This document shows positions 46,954-59,400 of a stretch of DNA of 64,000 nucleotides, one piece after another. Below the pieces are notes generated by a model that was not told where the DNA came from, searched no databases, and saw nothing but the letters and a program-made list of their open reading frames with translations. Position 1 is the first letter of the stretch, and each line of letters starts with the position of its first letter. The stretch comes from Chrysomallon squamiferum. Its lineage: Eukaryota > Animalia > Mollusca. The DNA is taken from contig CM022666.1 of assembly GCA_012295275.1 (NCBI GenBank), positions 8,742,001 through 8,806,000 of the forward strand. The letters are read 5' to 3'. The position numbers were made by a program, and so were the translations under genes.

Positions 46954-47105
46954 TTTTCTTATTTCTTGTTGTTTTTATTAAATTGTTCGTTTGTTTGTTT
47001 CATCGTTACTTTATTAGCTTATTTACTTTTCTTATTTCTTGTTGTTTTTATTAAATTGTTCGTTTGTTTGTTTCATCGTTACTTTATTAGCTTATTTACT
47101 TTTCT
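46954..47105. repeat. Perfect 73-bp tandem duplication
   Basis: catcgttactttattagcttatttac at 47001 and again at 47074, with identical flanking unit sequence. Confidence 0.9.
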
Positions 47106-47893
47106 TTGTTACAGTTTGTTATCTTAATTATTAATTAATTCTTTCCATTACCTAGCTTTCTTTAAATAACTTCGTATAATTATTTATTAAGACTGTATAT
47201 CATAACTGCACAAATTAACTTGAAAAACCGAAACTGACGCTAATAAGACATCTACATCCGGTATACATTCTGAACGAGCACAAATAACTGAAAAACGACT
47301 GGCAGGTGTAATTTTCTTAGTTTTGTTAAAATTAATCTCTAGAGAGTTCAGTATGTATCTGTGGTGTCTGCCTAAAAATGTCTGTCTGTCTGTGTGGTCT
47401 GAGTTTTCATATGTTATGATGATACAGTTACTAATACTACTACTACTGGAATTAATATTTATACTAGTACAACAACACTAACATCTTCACTGCTGTTGAT
47501 TATAATTTTCCTACTACAAAAATAGCTACTATTATTACAACTGCTTTTATTATTACTACTGCTGCTACTATTACTAATATAACTAATAACAATCATCGTC
47601 ATTATCATTTTATTGTGATTGTTATTATTACTATTACTACTGCTACCACCAGCATGATGACCACCACGACTACTAATATTACAATTGCTGCTATTGTGCT
47701 GCTATTACCTCTACAATTTAATTTATCGGTCCTTAACCCTGTTTCAATACGCACTTTTCACAGTAGGCAAACTTCGAACAACACGTAACTTATCAACCAG
47801 CTAATTGCTTCTTTTATCTCAGCTATCGTTATTAGAACGTTATCCCTTTTTACCTATTATTAATATTCCTCTCTATATGTGCTTGTGTGTGTG

Positions 47894-47908
47894 TCTCACT
47901 CTCTCTCC

Positions 47909-47971
<63 letters not shown>

Positions 47972-48082
47972 CTCCATCTGTGTGTGTGTGTGTGTGTGTC
48001 TGTGTGTGTGTGTTTTGTGTGTGTGTGGGTGTGGGTGGGTGTTTGTGTGTGTCTCTGTGTGTGTGTGTGTCTCTGTGTGTGT
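47894..48082. repeat. Compound (CT)n/(GT)n microsatellite
   Basis: Directly visible. Confidence 0.9.
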
Positions 48083-48307
48083 GAATATTTAATAAGTTAC
48101 TTTAGCCTAAAGCAACACAGCAATATCCAATCTTTTATTACCTTCCGTAATGTCAGCCAAGGCCGATTACATTCAGAATACATCGTACAATTACTATATC
48201 AATTATGTGTGGCTTTAAACGCTTTACGCCACATATTTCAGTTTGTGTATGTTTGTATGTATATATGAATATGTATGTGTATGTGTATGTGATTGTGTGT
48301 GTGTATG

Positions 48308-48519
<212 letters not shown>

Positions 48520-49182
48520 TATATGCATATGTGTATGTATTTATGTATGAGTTCATGTAGTGTCTCAACATATGAATATAATTATTTATTTCTCACACAC
48601 GCAAACAAACACACGTGTTAATATTAATATTTTAAACATTAACGTGTATTTAGATTGAAAAGCTGTAGGATGTGACTTCGATGTACTCATAATTTATTTT
48701 TAATTATACAAGTCTTTGTTGGCGCTAGGGGGGTATAGGAAAGTTATAGAATTTGTAAATGAATTTAAATAAAAACGTAACTATCAGAGGCATGTATTAA
48801 AACACGATTACCAGATATGCATGACCAAATTGGCATTAATAATTGACTGTATGAGTTTTGGAGTAAGCAGGCACCCCTCACCCCCCGCTGGTTTGAAGTA
48901 TTAAAACACTTGATTACGAACGCTGGAACATCTGTATCTGTGAATCTTTATTTTTTTTTACTAACAATCGATTATATAACACATCTGTTATCTGTTAATC
49001 CACTCTTCGATCTGCCTGCACGTGAGTCTGTCAAACAAGCTAACGTCTGTCACGAATCCATCTTTCTATCCATCCTTCCTTCCCTTCGTCCATGCATCCA
49101 TACACACATATGCGCACGCAAACACACAGACACACACATTAAAAGCACACAGACGCACTCATAAAAACACACACACACACAT

Positions 49183-49223
<41 letters not shown>

Positions 49224-49367
49224 TACCAACATACATTCATACGTAAATACATATATCATCCATTATCAGTCCATCCCTGTACAAACCTTGTAAACACATT
49301 TTTAGACAAAAACACTGACGGCCGCCTACGCATGAAAACAAACACCCACAGAGACAGTCAGACAGTC

Positions 49368-49401
<34 letters not shown>

Positions 49402-49691
49402 TTAGATTTCTTGCGTATTTTCACCTGCACCCTGCACGTCACAACTGAGCCGGTGTCGGTGTACCTGGACTAATTAGCAGCAAACTCTTCTAATTCCTGT
49501 CTCCCGAGAGCAATTTGGAGTTTGAAAGAAGAGCTACATCTGCACGAGCTATCCCGTGATGCCCTCGTGAGATTTAATTTAGTTTACCACGGAAGTAGAT
49601 GGCGTTAATGTTGACAATTATTTTAATCGCAAGTCGCAGTGCGTGGAGAATTTTTATACAATTAAATTCATTTACTAACGTCTTTCTTTCT

Positions 49692-49738
<47 letters not shown>

Positions 49739-50740
49739 TTTCACTGATTGTTTGTTTATTTATTTGTTTTTTCAGTTTATTTGTCAGTCTTTCAAAAATT
49801 GTTTATTTCTAAAACCTTTAAAAAGGGCAAGATTTTCGTTAGTTACAAAATTTCATATTAAGGAACATATACTTTTATCACTGTTATTCGTACTGGTGCT
49901 GTTGATGCTGTTGTCATCATCAAAATCAGAATATTTTATACTACTTCTACTATTCCGACTAATACTAAAACAAAAGCTATTACTACTACTAATAGCGCTA
50001 ATAATGACACTAATACTAACAGTACGTTCATCATCTTACAAACACTAGAAGACGTAACTTTGAGCGCCGTGTTACTAAAGACAAATTCATTCTCCACTCA
50101 AGACGCGAGCTAAAACAGAAGTATCTGGAAATAAAATCTCTCACTTAAACAACAGATGCAGCTCTGCCCTGCAGCCACGTGGTTTAGAAGAACACGACTT
50201 CTATCGAACAGCCTCCGGGAATCGAACCCGCGAATCTCTTAAGCGCTTGTTAAAGGAGCGAAAAGCGGCGGGAAGGTGGTTGTTTTTCTGTACGTGTACC
50301 TGACTAATTGGGTTTGTCCCACGGCTGCCGGACGTTTTGTCACCTCCGAGAAAAGATCAAGGCAAATAATAGATTATGTGTAGACAGTTACATAAGAATA
50401 TTACTTGGGATTCTCTTTTTTGAAATAACGGTTTGATCTTCTTATCTTCATGTCCTTGAGTGCGTATGTCCCTTTCTGTGTGATTTTGTGTTCAGTGTGT
50501 TTGTGCGTGCGTGTATCTATGTACGTCTTTGTGTGCGTATGTGTACGTGAAAATACATTTATTCATCCGCCCATTTATCCACCCATCCATCCAATTAACA
50601 ATTCATCCATTCAGTCATTAATTTATTTATACTTTCATTCAGGTAAAAAATTATGTTCATTTAACTGTGTTCAAAATATTTATTTTAATTATTTATTTTA
50701 TATTTTATTTTGTTTTATGTATGTATGTATGTACATATGT

Positions 50741-50896
<156 letters not shown>

Positions 50897-51049
50897 CGTA
50901 ACAAAAAACTGAAATTTATATATTTGATTATTAGTCTCTACATCAGTATCAATCATATTTAAAATATCAGCCAAAAAATATAAATACATTAATAACTAAA
51001 TATTTTGAAAAAATCCATTCATCTGTTTTCCTATTAGTCTAGTCAATTA

Positions 51050-51300
51050 TCGTTTACTCGGGCCTTTGTTTTTTCTTTTGATTGGCAGGCCTTAATCGTC
51101 AATGACAACAGCATAAGAGATCTGCCTGTAGGACTGGCGCGAAAATGCGCGAGGGAGATCGGATACTAAACATGGCTGACGTGTTTTGAAATGAAGATAG
51201 ATGACGTTTTTGTTGTTGATCACACACAGGAAACACGGTCCACTGCATCGCGCGAACCGCCACGCGAGAAACTGGCAGCGAAAAATTGGTTACAAATAAA
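51050..51300 (+). promoter_or_regulatory. Promoter-like CpG island
   Basis: Inverted CCAAT (TGATTGGC ~51079), E2F site GGCGCGAAAA (~51136), YY1-type AAACATGGCTG (~51168) and further CGCG motifs at 51249-51270. Strand is inferred only from YY1 motif orientation. Confidence 0.4.
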
Positions 51301-53402
51301 ATCTGCTTGTGTAGATGTTTGTTAGTTCCAGTTATTTTAATGCATTTAGAAATTAATTAAATGTTTTTGTTTTCTTTTAAACTAAAATGATATATATGAA
51401 TTATTACTGACGACATCTGCGACTGCAACGACTACGCCTACATCCACCAGATGCTGCTGCTACAACGACAGCTGTTTCTGAAACTGTATCTCTCGCTGTA
51501 ACAACTACTACAACTACATCATAATCACGAATGCTGCTACAATTACATCTATAACTACGACAACTACGACAGCTAGTTCTATACCGTATCGTGCCTATAA
51601 TAAAACTTGTTTTCATTTATAGCAACTATTTCTATATCTCTATTAAGACATAACAAATGATATTTCTCTATGTTGATAATTACGACAACAGCAGTCCGGC
51701 TTAAATCAGTGTCAGTTATAACAACAACTACAACAGTTTCCACTACTGGTACCACTATTACTAACACTGCTGCTGCTACTACTGCTATCACTACTAGTAC
51801 TACTATTAGTACTATTACTACTACTACTACCATTACATGAAAAACATTAATTTAAAAAATGTTTTATTATTATTATTTTTATATGTACAGACATTAATAA
51901 TACTCTTTTACAACGACATCCACGACTGTAACAATAGCTCAGATACCAATTTCTTTATAAAACAACTACTGCAGCCACATCTACAGTTAATATCATGAAT
52001 AAATTAACTACTACTACATCTACGACGACGACAACCACACTACTAAAAAATATTTAATATAACAAATACCACTCTCAAACAACGACGACTACTTCGTCAA
52101 CATTCAAAACAAAGACAAAACAATTCACCATATAAAACAAAAAAAAAAAATAAAAAAATTCAAATGATATCTACTGTTTTCAAGTCTAAATTTTCCTTCT
52201 TGTCAACTGAAAAGAATACTGGCGGGGAAACCTAAAACCCAAACCTGAACCTACAATCTGAAACACAGTCGAATTATTTCCTTGATTTATTACTGTCTCT
52301 CGTTGGAGTCATTTTTTTAAAATTACGAAACGAGTTTAAACAAAAAGAAAGAAAGATAGCTGTAATGTATATATTAGCCGTGCAGGGCAGAGGTATATCT
52401 TAGAGGTCGGGCAATTTACTAGCAGAAATTACTGTAATAATAGCAATAATTAGAATGTGTATTTCTCCTCAAAGGGGACGTTAACGAGGAAAAAAAACCA
52501 GTAGACAGAGATTAAAGATTGTGTAATTTACCGTTCAGAAGACTGAGTGACTGTTACTAAAACGGAAGAGAAAAAAATGCAACACTCAAAACAATACATG
52601 GAAATACAGACACATGTACAAAACTACACAAAACAAAGTTTTGAAATTCATTTTACCTTTATCTCCAAACAGTACATATACAAACACACATAATACAAGC
52701 ATACGTACTTGCATGAATGCACATATACAGACATATATACGCGTACATACATACACATATATATTTATATATACAGACACATACATACATACATACAAAT
52801 ATACATATATATATATATATATATATATGAATATACATATACACACACACACACACCACACATACGTACAACACGAGTACAGCATATACAGAGGAGAACG
52901 CACATATATAAATACGCACAAACTAACAGACACGTATGTACACAAACACACACAGATGTGTACATAAACAAAGACACACAAAAAGCATATTTATTTAACT
53001 TACTGTTTCTTTCGTAAAACAGTTTACTCAATTTCTCTGCATTCGACAAAAAGACTTTTCCATTAATTTTTTTCAAAAATAAATAAATTTTCTTTTCATC
53101 GAACAATATAATAAAAAATGATAAAAAGACCCAGGAAGACATAACTCATATTCTATAGGTGAAAAGTGACGTCATCTAATTTACATATATTTAACATCTC
53201 GGCCATAAATAAACAATATTTCGAGCAGTGATTAAATTGTTCTCTCGTTTTATTCCTTCTTTTCTCTCGCTTTTAAAAATTTTGACATTAAAAAAGTATT
53301 AATAATAAATCAGTATTGTGAATACACTCTAAATGTATCAGACGACTTTTTCGCTTTTTTGTGTTTCTGCACGTATTTAAATTTCTTCCGTCTTTATTTC
53401 AG

Positions 53403-56400
53403 AACTTGCGAACTTCATATCCCCCCTCACTCGTTGCCTCCCCGAATCTGTGATTTCCCCTTCCCTTAACACACCAGTCTAAGAAAGTCTTCCCTTTATA
53501 CACAGTCTAAGAAAGTCTTCCCTCTACACACCAGTCTAAGAAAGTCTTCCCTTTATACACCAGTCTAAGAAAGTCTTCCCTTAACACACCAGTCTAAGAA
53601 AGTCTTCCCTTTATACACAGTCTAAGAAAGTCTTTCCTTTACACACCAGTCTAAGAAAGTCTTCCCTTTATACACAGTCTAAGAAAGTCTTCCCTTTATA
53701 CACCAGTCTAAGAAAGTCTTCCCTTAACACACCAGTCTAAGAAAGTCTTCCCTTTATACACAGTCTAAGAAAGTCTTTCCTTTACACACCAGTCTAAGAA
53801 AGTCTTCCCTTTATACACAGTCTAAGAAAGTCTTCCCTTTATACACCAGTCTAAGAAAGTCTTCCCTTTATACACAGTCTAAGAAAGTCTTCCCTTTATA
53901 CACAGTCTAAGAAAGTCTTTCCTTTACACACCAGTCTAAGAAAGTCTTCCCTTTATACACAGTCTAAGAAAGTCTTCCCTTTATACACAGTCTAAGAAAG
54001 TCTTCCCTTAACACACCAGTCTAAGAAAGTATTCCCTCTACACACCTGTCTAAGATAGTCTTCCCTTTACACACCAGTCTAAGATAGTCTTCCCTTTATA
54101 CACAGTCTAAGATAGTCTTCCCTTTATACAGTCTAAGAAAGTCTTCCCTTTATACACAGTCTAAGATAGTCTTCCCTTTACACACCAGTCTAAGAAAGTT
54201 TTCCCTTTATACACAGTCTAAGAAAGTCTTCTCTTTATACACAGTCTAAGAAAGTTTTCCCTTTATACACAGTCTAAGAAAGTTTTCCCTTTATACACAG
54301 TCTAAGAAAGTCTTCTCTTTATACACAGTCTAAGAAAGTCTTCTCTTTATACACAGTCTAAGATAGACTTCCCTTTATATACAGTCTAACATAGCCTTCC
54401 CTTTATACACAGTCTAAGAAAGTCTTCCCTTTATACACAGTCTAAGATAGTCTTCCCTTTATACACAGTCTAAGAAAGTCTTCCCTTTATACACAGTCTA
54501 AGAATGTCTTCCCTTTATACACAGTCTAAGAAAGTCTTCCCTTTATACACAGTCTAAGAAAGTCTTCCCTTTATACACAGTCTAAGATAGTCTTCCCTTT
54601 ATACAGTCTAAGAAAGTCTTCCCTTTATACAGTCTAAGAAAGTCTTCCCTTTATACACAGTCTAAGAAAGTCTTCCCTTTATACACAGTCTAAGATAGAC
54701 TTCCCTTTATACACAGTCTAAGAAAGTCTTCCCTTTATACACCAGTCTAAGAAAGTCTTCCCTTTATACAGTCTAAGAAAGTCTTCCCTTTATACAGTCT
54801 AAGAAAGTCTTCCCTTTATACACCAGTCTAAGAAAGTCTTCCCTTTATACAGTCTAAGAAAGTCTTCCCTTTATACACCAGTCTAAGAAAGTCTTCCCTT
54901 TATACAGTCTAAGAAAGTCTTCCCTTTATACACCAGTCTAAGAAAGTCTTCCCTTAACACACCAGTCTAAGAAAGTCTTCCCTTTATACACCAGTCTAAG
55001 AAAGTCTTCCCTTTATACACCAGTCTAAGAAAGTCTTCCCTTTATACACCAGTCTAAGAAAGTCTTCCCTTTATACACCAGTCTAAGAAAGTCTTCCCTT
55101 AACACACCAGTCTAAGAAAGTCTTCCCTTTATACAGTCTAAGAAAGTCTTCCCTTTATACACAGTCTAAGAAAGTCTTCCCTTTATACACAATCTAAGAA
55201 AGTCTTCCCTTTAACACACCAGTCTAAGAAAGTCTTCCCTTTATACACAGTCTAAGAAAGTCTTCCCTTTATACACAGTCTAAGAAAGTCTTCCCTTTAT
55301 ACACAGTCTAAGAATGTCTTCCCTTTATACAGTCTAAGAAAGTCTTGCCTTTATATACAGTCTAAGATAGTCTTCCCTTTATACACACCAGTCTAAGATA
55401 GTCTTCCCTTTATACACAGTCTAAGATAGTTTTCCCTTTATACACAGCAGTCTAAGATAGTCTTCCCTTTATACACAGTCTAAGATAGTCTTCCCTTTAT
55501 ACAGTCTAAGAAAGTCTTCCCTTTATACAGTCTAAGAAAGTCTTCCCTTTATACACAGTCTAAGAAAGTCTTCCCTTTATACACAGTCTAAGAAAGTCTT
55601 CCCTTTATACACAGTCTAAGAAAGTATTCCCTTTACACACCAGTCTAGGAAAGTCTTCCCTTTATACACAGTCTAAGATAGTCTTCCCTTTACACACCAG
55701 TCTAAGAAAGTCTTCCCTTTATACACAGTCTAAGAATGTCTTCCCTTTATACACAGTCTAAGAAAGTTTTCCCTTTATACACAGTCTAAGAAAATATTTC
55801 CTTTACACACCAGTCTAAGAAAGTCTTCCCTTTATACACAGTCTAAGAAAGTCTTCCCTTTATACACAGTCTAAGATAGTCTTCCCTTTATACAGTCTAA
55901 GAAAGTCTTCCCTTTATACACAGTCTAAGAAAGTCTTCCCTTTACACACCAGTCTAAGAAAGTCTTCCCTTTATACACCAGTCTAAGAAAGTCTTCCCTT
56001 TATACACAGTCTAAGATAGTCTTCCCTTTATACACCAGTCTAAGAAAGTCTTCCCTTTATACACAGTCTAAGAATGTCTTCCCTTTATACACAGTCTAAG
56101 AAAGTTTTCCCTTTATACACAGTCTAAGAAAATATTTCCTTTACACACCAGTCTAAGAAAGTCTTCCCTTTATACACAGTCTAAGAAAGTCTTCCCTTTA
56201 TACACAGTCTAAGATAGTCTTCCCTTTATACAGTCTAAGAAAGTCTTCCCTTTATACAGTCTAAGAAAGTCTTCCCTTTATACAGTCTAAGAAAGTCTTC
56301 CCTTTATACAGTCTAAGAATGTCTTCCCTTTATACAGTCTAAGAAAGTCTTGCCTTTATATACAGTCTAAGATAGTCTTCCCTTTATACACAGTCTAAGA

Positions 56401-59400
56401 TAGTCTTCCCTTTATACACAGTCTAAGATAGTTTTCCCTTTATACACAGCAGTCTAAGATAGTCTTCCCTTTATACACAGTCTAAGATAGTCTTCCCTTT
56501 ATACAGTCTAAGAAAGTCTTCCCTTTATACAGTCTAAGAAAGTCTTCCCTTTATACACAGTCTAAGAAAGTCTTCCCTTTATACACAGTCTAAGAAAGTC
56601 TTCCCTTTATACACAGTCTAAGAAAGTATTCCCTTTATACACCAGTCTAAGAAAGTCTTCCCTTTATACACAGTCTAAGATAGTCTTCCCTTTATACACA
56701 GTCTAAGAAAGTCTTCCCTTTATACACAGTCTAAGAAAGTCTTCCCTTTATACACAGTCTAAGAAAGTTTTCCCTTTATACACAGTCTAAGAAAATATTT
56801 CCTTTACACACCAGTCTAAGAAAGTCTTCCCTTTATACACAGTCTAAGAAAGTCTTCCCTTTATACACAGTCTAAGATAGTCTTCCCTTTATACAGTCTA
56901 AGAAAGTCTTCCCTTTATACAGTCTAAGAAAGTCTTCCCTTTATACACAGTCTAAGAAAGTCTTCCCTTTATACAGTCTAAGAAAGTCTTCCCTTTATAC
57001 ACAGTCTAAGAAAGTCTTCCCTTTATACACAATCTAAGAAAGTCTTCCCTTTATACACCAGTCTAAGAAAGTCTTCCCTTTATACACCAGTCTAAGAAAG
57101 TCTTCCCTTTACACACCAGTCTAAGAAAGTCTTTCCTTTACACACCAGTCTAAGAAAGTCTTCTCTTTATACACAGTCTAAGAAAGTCTTCCCTTTATAC
57201 ACAGTCTAAGAAAGTCTTTCCTTTACACACCAGTCTAAGAAAGTCTTCCCTTTATACACAGTCTAAGAAAGTATTCCCTTTACACACCAGTCTAGGAAAG
57301 TCTTCCCTTTATACACAGTCTAAGATAGTCTTCCCTTTACACACCAGTCTAAGAAAGTCTTCCCTTTATACACAGTCTAAGAATGTCTTCCCTTTATACA
57401 CAGTCTAAGAAAGTTTTCCCTTTATACACAGTCTAAGAAAATATTTCCTTTACACACCAGTCTAAGAAAGTCTTCCCTTTATACACAGTCTAAGAAAGTC
57501 TTCCCTTTATACAGTCTAAGAAAGTCTTCCCTTTATACAGTCTAAGATAGTCTTCCCTTTATACAGTCTAAGAAAGTCTTCCCTTTATACACAGTCTAAG
57601 AAAGTCTTCCCTTTATATACAGTCTAAGAAAGTCTTCCCTTTATACACAGTCTAAGAAAGTCTTCCCTTTATACACCAGTCTAAGAAAGTCTTCCCTTTA
57701 TACACAGTCTAAGAAAGTCTTCCCTATATACAGTCTAAGATAGACTTCCCTTTATACACAGTCTAAGAATGTCTTCCCTTTATACAGTCTAAGAAAGTCT
57801 TCCCTTTATACACAGTCTAAGATAGTCTTCCCTTTACACACCAGTCTAAGAAAGTCTTTCCTTTACACACCAGTCTAAGAAAGTCTTCCCTTTATACACA
57901 GTCTAAGAAAGTCTTCCCTTTATACACAGTCTAAGAAAGTCTTTCCTTTATACACAGTCTAAGAAAGTCTTTCCTTTATACACAGTCTAAGAAAGTCTTT
58001 CCTTTATACACAGTCTAAGAAAGTCTTCCCTTTATCCACAGTCTAAGATAGTCTTCCCTTTATACACAGTCTAAGATAGTCTTCCCTTTATACACAGTCT
58101 AAGATAGTCTTCCCTTTATACACAGTCTAAGAAAGTCTTCCCTTTATACACAGTCTAAGAAAGTCTTCCCTTTATACACAGTCTAAGATAGTCTTCCCTT
58201 TATATACAGTCTAACATGGTCTTCCCTTTATACACAGTCTAAGAAAGTATTTCCTTTATACACCAGTCTAAGATAGTCTTCCCTTTATACACAGTCTAAG
58301 ATAGTCTTCCCTTTATACACAGTCTAAGATAGTCTTCCCTTTATACACAGTCTAAGATAGTCTAATATAGTCTCTTCCCTTTATACACAGTCTAAGATAG
58401 TCTTCCCTTTATACACAGTCTAAGATAGTCTTCCCTTTATACACAGTCTAAGATAGTCTTCCCTTTATACAGTCTAAGAAAGTCTTCCCTTTATACAGTC
58501 TAAGAAAGTCTTCCCTTTATACACAGTCTAAGAAAGTCTTCCCTTTATACACAGTCTAAGAAAGTCTTCCCTTTATACACAGTCTAAGAATGTCTTCCCT
58601 TTATACAGTCTAAGAAAGTCTTCCCTTTATACACAGTCTAAGATAGACTTCCCTTTATATAGTCTAACATAGTCTTCCCTTTATACACAGTCTAAGAAAG
58701 TATTTCCTTTATACACCAGTCTAAGATAGTCTTCCCTTTATACACAGTCTAAGATAGTCTTCCCTTTATACACAGTCTAAGATAGTCTTCCCTTTATACA
58801 CAGTCTAAGATAGTCTTCCCTTTATACACAGTCTAAGATAGTCTTCCCTTTATACACAGTCTAAGAAAGTCTTCCCTTTATACACAGTCTAAGAAAGTCT
58901 TCTCTTCCCTTTATACACAGTCTAAGATAGTCTTCCCTTTATACACAGCAGTCTAAGATAGTCTTCCCTTTATACACAGTCTAAGATAGTCTTCCCTTTA
59001 TACACAGTCTAAGATAGTCTTCCCTTATATACAGCAGTCTAAGATAGTCTTCCCTTTATACACAGTCTAAGAAAGTCTTCCCTTTATACACAGTCTAAGA
59101 AAGTCTTCTCTTCCCTTTATACACAGTCTAAGATAGTCTTCCCTTTATACACAGCAGTCTAAGATAGTCTTCCCTTTATACACAGTCTAAGATAGTCTTC
59201 CCTTTATACACAGTCTAAGATAGTCTTCCCTTTATATACAGCAGTCTAAGATAGTCTTCCCTTTATACACAGTCTAAGAAAGTCTTCCCTTTATACACAG
59301 TCTAAGAAAGTCTTCTCTTCCCTTTATACACAGTCTAAGATAGTCTTCCCTTTATACACAGCAGTCTAAGATAGTCTTCCCTTTATACACAGTCTAAGAT

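Noticed and set aside
50160-50300. tRNA gene around the B-box at ~50215-50232
   Set aside because: No A-box, D-arm or acceptor stem could be built.
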